A stretch of 64,000 nt of DNA, from assembly GCA_012841635.1 (NCBI GenBank), contig DUUJ01000001.1, positions 159 to 64,158 on the forward strand, given 5' to 3'. The first letter of the stretch is position 1, and each line of letters opens with the position of its first letter. The position numbers and the translations under genes are program-made. This document shows, in pieces, positions 1-8,828 of this stretch. The notes under the pieces were generated by a model. It had not been told where the DNA came from, did no database searches, and was given only the letters and a program-made list of their open reading frames with translations. This stretch comes from Clostridiales bacterium. GTDB lineage: Bacteria; Bacillota; Clostridia; Oscillospirales; CAG-272.

Positions 1-808
1 TTATATATTCGACTGTCTTTTGGAGGTTGCCGGCGTACGACCAGTTGGAGCCAGTCGGAATCTGATCGAAACCGCGGTCGGCAAGCTCGTTATAGTAACC
101 CTGATATTTGTCGTCGGGATTGAAATTACCGTAGTACCAGTTGGACTGAACCACTTCTTTTGACATGCGGGCGTAGAATTCCTCCGGGTGATGCCAGACA
201 TAATCCGACCAGATCCACGGACGCGCTCCCGCCTGTTCCACCGCCTCGCACATAATCCCGAAATCATACCACCACTGGTCGCCCTGCCGGATAACGCAGT
301 AGTTGTAGTTCTGCTGGTGCGAATAGGTCTCTTCATCCATTCCGATATGGAAAAGCTCCGGATGGGAGAAGAGTTCGGCTGTTTCGGCAATAAGGTCGCG
401 GACGGTTTTATAATAGCCCTTTGTCGACAGCATATACGCCCATTCGCCGAGCCAGTAGTCGTGGCAGGCGGAGAAGTTCAGCTTCGGGATCACTTCAAAT
501 CCCATTCCTCTGAGCCTTGAAAGCTCATCATAGAGCTTCTGCTTTGACCAGGAGCCTTCGACCGCAAGTTCGGGGTGGCTGTCGTATTTGACTCCCTCGC
601 CAAGGTCAAGCACTATCGTGTTTGCGCCGGCGGCTTTCAGGTCGTCGGTGATCTTATGCCATGCGTCCTCATCGAAACGCAGCTTATATGATGCGATGGT
701 CTGCGGCATTGTCGTCGGCTGACCGCGAAGTCCGTTTTTATCGACCGCCGGATCGCCCCACATATTATATCCGAGGTGCGCAAGATAAACCCATCTGAAT
801 TTACTCAT
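1..808 (-). CDS. glycoside-hydrolase-like TIM-barrel protein (GH20-like H-I-G-x-D-E motif), C-terminus cut by window edge
   Basis: Absent from the ORF track because no stop lies in the window. My reverse-strand translation from the ATG at 806-808 reads MSKFRWVYLAHLGYNMWGDPAV...ELFHIGMDEETYSHQQ...WIWSDYVWHH and stays open to position 2. AAGGAAAGG RBS ~8 nt upstream. Confidence 0.7.
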   Translation of the reverse strand, partial: MSKFRWVYLAHLGYNMWGDPAVDKNGLRGQPTTMPQTIASYKLRFDEDAWHKITDDLKAAGANTIVLDLGEGVKYDSHPELAVEGSWSKQKLYDELSRLRGMGFEVIPKLNFSACHDYWLGEWAYMLSTKGYYKTVRDLIAETAELFSHPELFHIGMDEETYSHQQNYNYCVIRQGDQWWYDFGIMCEAVEQAGARPWIWSDYVWHHPEEFYARMSKEVVQSNWYYGNFNPDDKYQGYYNELADRGFDQIPTGSNWSYAGNLQKTVEYI

Positions 809-858
809 GTTTACCGCCTTTCCTTTGCTGCCTGATTTCTGTTTTTAAATTATTGATA

Positions 859-887
859 TTGAAATTTAATAATATATATGGTAAAAT
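859..887 (+). promoter_or_regulatory. sigma70-like promoter for the MFS gene
   Basis: TTGAAA (859-864), 17-nt spacer, TAAAAT (882-887), ~30 nt upstream of the ATG at 919. Confidence 0.4.
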
Positions 888-918
888 ATTATTTGATATC
901 TATGACCGGAGATAAAAT

Positions 919-2094
919 ATGTCACAACTGCCATCCGCAAAACATCGCATCTTGGGACTGTTCATAGCGAACGGTCTTGTTTACGGGCTCAACACCTTCT
1001 ACAACTGCTTCATCCCGCTCTACCTCGGAAAGTATCATTCCGAGAGCCGCGTCGGGATAATAATCGCATCGGCTTCCATGGTTGCCATTGTTTTTCCGCT
1101 GATCTGGGGAATGGCGGCGGACCGGGCGAAATATAAAAACAACGTGCTGCTGACGGCGGTCCTGCTTTCTGCCGTGGTCTTCACCCTTGTCGGGCTGAAC
1201 CAGTCCTTTCCGTATCTGTTGCTGATACTTATGCTGCTGATGGCCGTGATGTCGCCTTTTGCCGGGCTTATCGACACGATAACCCTTGAATACAGCTCCT
1301 CGGCGGGGGTAAAATACGGTCCGATCCGCAACACCGGAACCGTTATGTACGGTATTATCGGGATAATACTCAGCCTTATAACCGGAAGCGGCATGAAGGC
1401 TATTTTTCCTGCATTCGTCGTAACGGCGGCCGTCTGCGCTTTCGGAATAATGATCTCGCCGAAAGTTGAGGGACACAGCCACGGGCGAAAGAAATTTGAT
1501 ATAAAGCCGCTGTTCAAATATAAAAAGCTTTTTGTTATCTACGCGATTTTGTCGCTTTCGATGTTCGGGTGGAGCGTTTATTCCAACTTCTTCCCTACTT
1601 ACATGACGGAGACGCTCGGACTTCCCGGCTGGGTCTGGGGGGTGAATGTCGCGCTGTCGGTATTCGGAGAGATACCCTTCTTCCTGTTTTTTGACCGGAT
1701 ATTCGACAGGCTCGGGATCAAGGGCGTGCTGCTTTCAAGCTCGGTCGTTTTAACCCTTCGCTGCGTTATGGTCGCTTTTTTCAAAACCTCCGGCGGCATC
1801 TTTTTGACGGCTCTCCTTACCGGACCGGCAATAACCATTACCATGTATTGCGCGGCGGTCTTCTGCAACAGGTATGTCGAGCCGGAACTCAAAGCGACCG
1901 GACACAGCCTGAGCCAGGCGCTTCCGATGGGCGGAACGCGCGTTCTGGCGGCGCTGCTCGGCGGGTTTCTCTGTCAGTATCTCAGCTTTCCCGGAGCGAT
2001 GCTTATCTGCGCCGGGCTCTCGGTTCTGTCGATCGTTCTCTGGTTCTTCTTTATCAGAACCGACAAAACCGGCCGCCTCGATCCAAAGAAATAA
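919..2094 (+). CDS. MFS transporter (MFS_1_like type)
   Basis: 391-aa ORF with ~12 hydrophobic segments; the N-terminal LFIANGLVYGLNTFYNCFIPLYL pattern is typical of MFS_1_like proteins. Confidence 0.75.
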   Translation: MSQLPSAKHRILGLFIANGLVYGLNTFYNCFIPLYLGKYHSESRVGIIIASASMVAIVFPLIWGMAADRAKYKNNVLLTAVLLSAVVFTLVGLNQSFPYLLLILMLLMAVMSPFAGLIDTITLEYSSSAGVKYGPIRNTGTVMYGIIGIILSLITGSGMKAIFPAFVVTAAVCAFGIMISPKVEGHSHGRKKFDIKPLFKYKKLFVIYAILSLSMFGWSVYSNFFPTYMTETLGLPGWVWGVNVALSVFGEIPFFLFFDRIFDRLGIKGVLLSSSVVLTLRCVMVAFFKTSGGIFLTALLTGPAITITMYCAAVFCNRYVEPELKATGHSLSQALPMGGTRVLAALLGGFLCQYLSFPGAMLICAGLSVLSIVLWFFFIRTDKTGRLDPKK

Positions 2095-2103
2095 GAGGCG
2101 GGC

Positions 2104-2340
2104 TTACATATTGCGCTCGATATAATCGCAGACGTCCCGGAAGGTATGCAGCTCTATGAGGTCCTCGTCGGGAATGTTTACGCCGAAATCCTCTTCGATC
2201 GCCATCAGCATTTCAATGACGTCAAGCGAGTCGGCTCCCAGATCGTCCATAATGTCGGTGAAATCGTTTATATCATCCGGGTCGGCGTGCAGCTTGTCAA
2301 TTAAAATATCGCGAATCGTATCCTTAATCGTTTCATCCAT
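2104..2340 (-). CDS. acyl carrier protein (stand-alone)
   Basis: 78 aa, acidic, with the phosphopantetheine-attachment motif LGADSLDVIEMLMAIEEDFG. Confidence 0.85.
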   Translation of the reverse strand: MDETIKDTIRDILIDKLHADPDDINDFTDIMDDLGADSLDVIEMLMAIEEDFGVNIPDEDLIELHTFRDVCDYIERNM

Positions 2341-2593
2341 AATGTTTCACCTCTTGCAGGGCGCCTGTTATTCTGATTCAGTCTTTTTCGCCCTTGTTGC
2401 ACTTATGCTTTATAACTTAAAAAGTATATTTATATATCCTGCTCTTTAAAGCCGGCATTTTATCTGTTTTCGGAACGGTTTTCGTTTCTTGGCTTTATTA
2501 TATCTTATGTCTATACAATTTGCAATACCTTTTTTAGATTTTTTTTGATTGTTGTCGAATATCGGCGCATTAAACAGGAAAAAGGGGGATTTT

Positions 2594-3517
2594 ATGACCG
2601 ATTCTGCCGGATATCCTGTCAGACCGGAAAATGTTATGATCATTTCCGATGTTATACTCAAATCCCGCGTACCTCTGAGCAAGGCGGAGATCGCCGACCT
2701 GACCCGGTTAAGTGTTATGACGGTCGGAAAGGTGTCTGACGAGCTTTACAAAGCCGGTCTTGTCGAAATGACGAAAGACGGCGGGGCGGAAGCCGGACGC
2801 AAAGCAGTGCTGTTTTCCCCGAACCCAAAAGTACAGATTGCCGCCGCGGAACTGTTCGAAGGGCATATTGCCCTTTCCTTATACAGTCTTGTTCCGGAGC
2901 TTCAAAAAAAAGAAACGGCGGCGGTAAACACAAAGGACGGAAGGGCGATATTCACGGCTCTTAGAACTCTTTGCGATAATATGAAAGCGCATCCTTCCTG
3001 CTGCGTTATTTTGGCCGACGACCTCATATCCGATGCCGAAACCGGGCGGCTGTCATCGGCCCGGACATCGGCGGGAGGCGACCTCGGAGAGCTTATATCC
3101 GGAGCGCTTATGACCGATGTTTTATTTGCTTCGGATACTCAGACGGCTGAAGCGATGTCGGAGGCCGAGAATATTGACGGCACGGTTTTTTATATCAATT
3201 CCTCATCGAAATTCAGCCGGGTGATAAGCGGCGGGAAACCGCAGAAATACGGAGACATATCCCTTTTGGGATTCTTTCCGGAAGAAAATGACGCGCTTTC
3301 CTTTATCGTATCGGCAACTGCGCGGCTCTGTCTTGCCGACATCGTAAAAATAAAGACAAAAAACCAGGAACTTTTCAGGGCAATTTCCGCCGCAGCCGCG
3401 CCTATCAAAACCGAACCGGCATTGAAGGATCCCCTTTCATATCCGGTTAAAATCGCAAGGGAACGGCTTGTCAGACGGCTGATTCGCCGGGGCAGAAACC
3501 GTGGGCGCAAATTGTGA
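2594..3517 (+). CDS. ROK-repressor-like transcriptional regulator (N-terminal winged HTH, degenerate C-terminal domain)
   Basis: Start moved to the ATG at 2594, preceded by AAAGGGGGA. The segment ISDVILKSRVPLSKAEIADLTRLSVMTVGKVSDELYKAGLV resembles the wHTH of ROK/MarR repressors. I did not see the ROK zinc or ATP motifs in the C-terminal part. Confidence 0.5.
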   Translation: MTDSAGYPVRPENVMIISDVILKSRVPLSKAEIADLTRLSVMTVGKVSDELYKAGLVEMTKDGGAEAGRKAVLFSPNPKVQIAAAELFEGHIALSLYSLVPELQKKETAAVNTKDGRAIFTALRTLCDNMKAHPSCCVILADDLISDAETGRLSSARTSAGGDLGELISGALMTDVLFASDTQTAEAMSEAENIDGTVFYINSSSKFSRVISGGKPQKYGDISLLGFFPEENDALSFIVSATARLCLADIVKIKTKNQELFRAISAAAAPIKTEPALKDPLSYPVKIARERLVRRLIRRGRNRGRKL

Positions 3518-3543
3518 ATTGACGGTAAATAATAAAAATTGTC

Positions 3544-3572
3544 TTGACAAGGGATCGTGAAAGTGTTATAAT
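3544..3572 (+). promoter_or_regulatory. consensus sigma70 promoter driving the T-box leader
   Basis: TTGACA (3544-3549), 17 nt, TATAAT (3567-3572). Confidence 0.7.
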
Positions 3573-3579
3573 ATAAAAT

Positions 3580-3945
3580 AATCAAAAAGCGATGACCGAA
3601 AAACAGAGTCAATGCCTCCGCCGCCGGAAACCCCGGCAGAATGCCAAAAAGCGCGGATAAAGGCAAACCGCTCTGACACGGATCTTGTAGGACACAGAGA
3701 GCTGCCGGTTGGTGAAAGGCGCGCCGCACACGATCATGTGGTTACTTTTCGAGAGCTCTGCACCGAAAAATGGCTTAAGTAGGCTGCAGCGGCCGCGACC
3801 GTTATAGCGCAGGGGATATAAGTCCGCGTGATGAGCAAAGGAACCGTATCCCGACAAGCGGCAGACAGATTATACGTCTGCAATCGAGGTGGCACCGCGG
3901 ATATTATCCGTCCTCGTATCGAAAGATACAAGGGCGGATTTTTTA
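3580..3945 (+). promoter_or_regulatory. T-box riboswitch leader (tRNA-sensing transcription attenuator), unusually long
   Basis: Stem I base/K-turn-like AGCGAUGA...GAAAA (3588-3602) facing UUUUCGAGAGCU (3745-3756). S-turn-like AGAGUC (3604-3609). AG bulge AGAGA plus distal loop GGUUGGUGAAAG (3696-3718). T-box sequence AAUCGAGGUGGCACCGCGG (3882-3900). Terminator hairpin AUCCGUCCU/AGGGCGGAU followed by UUUUUU (3906-3945). Confidence 0.8.
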
Positions 3946-3989
3946 TATCATTTTTATTTATTTTTTTATTTATACGGAGGATACCCGCC

Positions 3990-5495
3990 ATGTTCTGGAA
4001 AATTATGATGATTGCGATCTTCTTCATCGTCACTTTCGGAATCGGTATTTATTATCGCAAATCAGCCAAAAATTCGTCCGACTTTATGCTCGGCGGCCGT
4101 AATGTAGGCCCCTGGCTTTCCGCCTTCGCTTACGGCACCACTTATTTCTCCGCCACGGTATTCGTCGGATATGCGGGACAGTTTGGCTGGACATTCGGCG
4201 TATCCGCCGTATGGGTCGGAATCGGAAATGCCCTTATAGGCTCGCTGCTTGCCTGGATGCTCCTCGGACGCCGCACCCGTATCATGACAAAATGGACGAA
4301 CAGTTCGACGATGCCGAACTTCTTCGAACAGCGCTACAACAGCCGCGGGCTTAAGCTCTTTTCTTCGCTTATTATTGTGATATTCCTCGTTCCCTACTCA
4401 GCTTCGGTCTACAAAGGTCTTTCCGAAATCTTTGCCCGGACTTTCAACATCGACTTTATCTGGTGCATTATCGGAATGGCGGTTCTGACGGGAGCTTTCG
4501 TCATCGCCGGCGGCTACATGGGCACGGCGGTCAACACCTTTATTCAGGGCATTATAATGCTCGTCGGAATGGCGCTCGTCATCGCAGGCGTACTCCGCGC
4601 AAACGGCGGACTGCAGGGCTCATTTGAAGCGCTTTCAAAATTCCGCTCCGACGCTATGCCGGAATTCGACGGGGTCTATGTTTCATTGCTGGGAACTTCC
4701 CCGATCGACCTTATATCCGTCTTCATTCTGACATCACTCGGAACCCTCGGATTGCCTCAGATGGTATCCAAATTCTACGCGATAAAAAACGAGAAAGCGA
4801 TACGCACCGGAACTATAATCTCAACTGTATTTGCCACTGTTATCGCCGGCGGATCTTACTTCATCGGCGCCTTCGCCCGGCTTTTCTGGGACAAAGGAGA
4901 ACCGGTATTTGACCTGCTTGTGCCGAATATGATCTCCAAAGCTTTGCCGGATGCAATGATAGGCCTTGTGCTGCTGATGGTGCTCTCGGCTTCGATAAGC
5001 TCGCTTGCCGCGCTTGCGCTGACTGCCGGCTCGACATTTATAGTCGATCTTGTGCAAAGCGTGAAAAAAGAGAAGCTTGAACCGAAAAAAGAGGTCCTTG
5101 CGGTTAAAGCGGTCTGCGGAATATTCATACTCGTATCGGTTATAGTCGCCGTTATTCCGAATTCACTTATCACGGCGCTTATGGGACTTTCCTGGGGCGC
5201 GCTGGCAGGCGCATTCTTAGGGCCGTTTATCTACGGTCTCTTCTGGAAGAAAACTACCACCGCAGCCTGCCTTGCATCGATGATATTCGGCGTCGGATTT
5301 GTGACGGCGAATCAGATATTCCATTTCCTCAGCCCTTCGATGGCAGGCTCTGTCGCGATGCTGGCTTCGCTTGTTATAGTACCGGTAGTATCGCTGTTCA
5401 CACCGCGTCTTGACGCCGGTTATGTCGACAAGATATTCGCCTGCATGGAAGAGAAAGTCATAGCTCCCGCAAAGGACGTGCTTGAAGAAAATTGA
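3990..5495 (+). CDS. sodium:solute symporter family (SSF) transporter, probable amino-acid uptake
   Basis: Start moved to the ATG at 3990, with a GGAGG RBS at 3976-3980; the track's 3828 start would read through the T-box terminator. ~13 TM segments with SSF-like sequence (GGRNVGPWLSAFAYGTTYFSA). Confidence 0.8.
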   Translation: MFWKIMMIAIFFIVTFGIGIYYRKSAKNSSDFMLGGRNVGPWLSAFAYGTTYFSATVFVGYAGQFGWTFGVSAVWVGIGNALIGSLLAWMLLGRRTRIMTKWTNSSTMPNFFEQRYNSRGLKLFSSLIIVIFLVPYSASVYKGLSEIFARTFNIDFIWCIIGMAVLTGAFVIAGGYMGTAVNTFIQGIIMLVGMALVIAGVLRANGGLQGSFEALSKFRSDAMPEFDGVYVSLLGTSPIDLISVFILTSLGTLGLPQMVSKFYAIKNEKAIRTGTIISTVFATVIAGGSYFIGAFARLFWDKGEPVFDLLVPNMISKALPDAMIGLVLLMVLSASISSLAALALTAGSTFIVDLVQSVKKEKLEPKKEVLAVKAVCGIFILVSVIVAVIPNSLITALMGLSWGALAGAFLGPFIYGLFWKKTTTAACLASMIFGVGFVTANQIFHFLSPSMAGSVAMLASLVIVPVVSLFTPRLDAGYVDKIFACMEEKVIAPAKDVLEEN

Positions 5496-5523
5496 TAAAT
5501 ACCGCCTGATTCATGGATTTTTG

Positions 5524-5552
5524 TTGAAAATTCCCGCCGAATCTGGTATAAT
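5524..5552 (+). promoter_or_regulatory. possible internal promoter for tyrS
   Basis: TTGAAA (5524-5529), 17 nt, TATAAT (5547-5552) in the 105-nt gap. I saw no terminator between the symporter and tyrS. Confidence 0.45.
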
Positions 5553-5600
5553 ATAATACGGAAACTCAAAAGAACAATATTATAATCGGGAGACAGATAA

Positions 5601-6827
5601 ATGTCTAATGTTTACAATGAATTCGTCGAACGGGATCTGATAGCTCAGGCCACCGATGAAGAAGCCATAGCGAAACTGCTTGAAACCGAACAGGTCACTT
5701 TCTATATCGGCTTCGACCCGACCGCCGATTCGCTTCATGTCGGTCATTTCCTGCAGATGATGATCATGGCGCGGATGCAGCGCGCGGGACACCGTCCGAT
5801 AGCTCTTTTCGGCGGCGGAACCGGTATGATCGGCGATCCCTCCGGAAAGAGCGATATGCGCAAGCTGCTGACAAAGGAGATTATCGATCACAACATCGGC
5901 TGCTTTAAGAAGCAGATGTCGAAATTCATCGACACATCAGACGGCAAGGCGCTGTTTCTGAACAACGGCGACTGGCTGCTCGATCTCAATTACATCGAAT
6001 TTATCCGCGAGATCGGAGTGCATTTCTCGGTAAACCGCATGCTCGGCGCCGAGTGTTACAAAAAACGCCTCGAGACCGGTCTTACCTTCCTTGAATTCAA
6101 CTATATGCTGATGCAGAGCTATGATTTCTACAAGCTGAATCAGGATTACGGCTGCAAGCTTGAGTTCGGCGGCGATGATCAGTGGTCGAATATTTTAGGC
6201 GGCGTTGACCTTATCCGCCGCAAATCCGGCAAAGAAGCTTACGGCATGACCTTCCGGCTCCTCACCAACTCCGAGGGCAACAAGATGGGTAAGACCGAGC
6301 GCGGCGCCGTCTGGCTGGATCCGGAGAAGACCTCTCCTTACGACTTCTTCCAGTATTGGCGCAATGTCGGCGACGCAGACGTAATTAAATGCCTCAAGAT
6401 GCTTACCTTCCTGCCTATCGAAAAGATAAACGAATACGCCAAGCTTGAAGGCGCGGCGCTTAACGAAGCGAAGGAAACATTGGCTTATGAGCTGACGAGA
6501 CTGGTTCACAACCAAGCTGAAGCCGACAAGGCGCTTGACGCCGCCCGGGCGCTCTTTGCATCCGACGGCGATGCAGAGCATATGCCGACTACCGAACTTT
6601 CCCCGGAAGACTTTACCGACGGCGCCATCACTCTGATCGATATGCTTGTCAAGGCAAAACTCTGCTCATCAAAGGGCGAGGCGCGTCGGCTCATCACGCA
6701 GAACGGCGTCGCATTCAAAGGCGATACCGTCGCCGATATCGCCGCTTCTTTTACCCCTGCGGATTTCGTAGACGACGCAATAATCCGCAAGGGCAAGAAA
6801 GTTTTTCACCGCTTCATTTTAATATAA
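5601..6827 (+). CDS. tyrS: tyrosine--tRNA ligase
   Basis: 408 aa with class I signatures HVGH (SLHVGHF) and a KMSKS-like KMGKT; S4-like C-terminal domain; overall TyrS-like sequence. Confidence 0.93.
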   Translation: MSNVYNEFVERDLIAQATDEEAIAKLLETEQVTFYIGFDPTADSLHVGHFLQMMIMARMQRAGHRPIALFGGGTGMIGDPSGKSDMRKLLTKEIIDHNIGCFKKQMSKFIDTSDGKALFLNNGDWLLDLNYIEFIREIGVHFSVNRMLGAECYKKRLETGLTFLEFNYMLMQSYDFYKLNQDYGCKLEFGGDDQWSNILGGVDLIRRKSGKEAYGMTFRLLTNSEGNKMGKTERGAVWLDPEKTSPYDFFQYWRNVGDADVIKCLKMLTFLPIEKINEYAKLEGAALNEAKETLAYELTRLVHNQAEADKALDAARALFASDGDAEHMPTTELSPEDFTDGAITLIDMLVKAKLCSSKGEARRLITQNGVAFKGDTVADIAASFTPADFVDDAIIRKGKKVFHRFILI

Positions 6828-6842
6828 AAGAGGAAAGGTCAT

Positions 6843-7682
6843 ATGACAATCGATGCAATTTTTGCCGAGCTTGAAACGCTTGAATCCAAGCTGCTTTGGA
6901 TCGACGCCGAAAGGCTGCTCAAAACCGCAATAGAAGCTTATCCCGAAAGCGAGGAGCTCAAAGAAAGGCTTATTTCGGTCATGTTTCAGCTGATCCGACG
7001 CAACCGTCCGGATTACTACCGCGAAAAGCTGGCGCTTGAAATCGGCGAAGCGCTTGTCAAAAGCTCGGATAATTATGAAATTATAAACTCGGTCAACCGA
7101 AACCTCTGCTTCATAGAGGCGCTTCACGGAAACACGGAAGAAGCCAAAAAATATTATGACCGGCTTCCTTCCCTGGATGCGACACGCGAATTATACGCCG
7201 CTTATGTCATGGACGGAAATGAGCTGAAGGCTCAGCTCCAGCGCAACATCGAAAACTACATAATCGCTGCCGCCACTACCGCAAAACAGCTTGCTTTCCG
7301 CGAAAGCGGGGAGAAAGCCTGCCGGCTCCTTGAAAAAACCATCGACTTGTATGAGCTTTTATATGAGGGAGACGAGTGCGGACCTTATCTTTCTGATATG
7401 GCGGTGTGCGCCCTCGATATCGCCTCCATAAAGGCAAAGTGCGGCGATATCGAAGGTTCGATTTCATCGCTTGAACGCGCCGTTGACCTGGCAGAGCGCT
7501 ATAATACATCCGAAGACAGCGGTAAGCGCAGTTCGGTTTTTGTCGACAGAATTCAGCGTAGGGCAAATTACGGCGGAACAAACATCGCCGAAATCATAAA
7601 AGATGCCGTAAATACCTCCGACAACTTCGCCGATGTCCGCCGCGACGAAAGGCTGAAACCGATACTCGCAAAACTCAGTTGA
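6843..7682 (+). CDS. hypothetical helical-repeat (TPR-like) protein
   Basis: 279-aa ORF with coding-like composition and an RBS (AAGAGGAAAGG) upstream. No motif recognised. Confidence 0.55.
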   Translation: MTIDAIFAELETLESKLLWIDAERLLKTAIEAYPESEELKERLISVMFQLIRRNRPDYYREKLALEIGEALVKSSDNYEIINSVNRNLCFIEALHGNTEEAKKYYDRLPSLDATRELYAAYVMDGNELKAQLQRNIENYIIAAATTAKQLAFRESGEKACRLLEKTIDLYELLYEGDECGPYLSDMAVCALDIASIKAKCGDIEGSISSLERAVDLAERYNTSEDSGKRSSVFVDRIQRRANYGGTNIAEIIKDAVNTSDNFADVRRDERLKPILAKLS

Positions 7683-7748
7683 TCAGATCATACCGTTTGC
7701 CGCGGCATACCGCCGCGGCTTGCAATTTTATATCATTAATTAAATCAG

Positions 7749-8828
7749 ATGAACGAATATAAAACCGTCCGAGTAGCATCCGGCGGTTATGATGTCCTTA
7801 TCGGCCGGGGGCTGCTTTATGACGCGGGTCGGCTTATATCCCTATGTCATCTGGTTTGCAAGATACTAATCGTAACGGACGACAACGTCGCTCCGCTTTG
7901 GCTTGACAGAGTCGTTTCATCCCTCTGCGCCGCCGGATTTGAGACGGAAACCGCAATACTGCCGCACGGAGAGGGCTCAAAAAGCCTTGGATGCTACGGC
8001 CGGATTCTTGAACGCTGCGCCGAAGCCGGGCTGACACGCGGGGATATGATCGCGGCTCTGGGCGGCGGCGTTATCGGCGATATCGCCGGTTTTGCCGCGG
8101 CGACATATATGCGCGGGATAGCTTATGTTCAGCTTCCCACTACCCTGCTTGCCGCCGTCGATTCGTCGGTGGGCGGGAAAACCGCTATCGACATAAAAGC
8201 CGGGAAAAATCTCTGCGGCGCATTTCATCAGCCGAAGCTTGTGATCTGCGATCTTGACACTTTTTCGACACTGCCGGATAAAATTCTGTCCGACGGAGCG
8301 GCGGAGGTAATAAAATACGGCGTTATCGCCGACCGGGTGCTGTTTTCCGCGATGCTTAAAGGAAAGCCGGATTTTGATGCGGAATATGTCGTTGAAACCT
8401 GCGTCAGAATCAAAGCCGATATCGTCGACCGGGATTTATACGACCGGGGAGAGCGGCGGCTGCTCAATTTCGGCCATACCGTCGGACACGCGATCGAAAA
8501 GCTTTCCGATTATGAAATCCCGCACGGTCACGCTGTCGCGGCGGGGATGGTTTATGAAGCCGCTGCCGCGGTGGCAGATAACCTTTGTCCCGAAAACATT
8601 GCCACGGAGATAACCGAAGCGAATAAGGCTTGGGAACTGCCGGTCAAGACTGCTTTTACCGCGGCGGAACTGGCGGCCGCCGCAATGCTCGATAAGAAAA
8701 TAGACGGCGGCAAGCTGGCGATTATTGTTCCGAAATCGGACGACAAGGCTGAAGTTCGAGTGATTAAAGCTGTTGATTTTTCCGATTATCTGCAAGCAGG
8801 GGAAAGACTGCTCTCAGAGGAGATATGA
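7749..8828 (+). CDS. aroB: 3-dehydroquinate synthase
   Basis: GGGVIGDIAGFAAATYMRGIAYVQLPTTLLAAVDSSVGGKTAID and the HGHAV metal-binding region are typical of AroB. Confidence 0.9.
   Translation: MNEYKTVRVASGGYDVLIGRGLLYDAGRLISLCHLVCKILIVTDDNVAPLWLDRVVSSLCAAGFETETAILPHGEGSKSLGCYGRILERCAEAGLTRGDMIAALGGGVIGDIAGFAAATYMRGIAYVQLPTTLLAAVDSSVGGKTAIDIKAGKNLCGAFHQPKLVICDLDTFSTLPDKILSDGAAEVIKYGVIADRVLFSAMLKGKPDFDAEYVVETCVRIKADIVDRDLYDRGERRLLNFGHTVGHAIEKLSDYEIPHGHAVAAGMVYEAAAAVADNLCPENIATEITEANKAWELPVKTAFTAAELAAAAMLDKKIDGGKLAIIVPKSDDKAEVRVIKAVDFSDYLQAGERLLSEEI

Noticed and set aside
3828-3989. The N-terminal extension of the symporter ORF given in the track (start at 3828)
   Set aside because: The extension would be translated through the T-box sequence and its terminator. 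A GGAGG RBS and an ATG at 3990 begin the hydrophobic SSF sequence.
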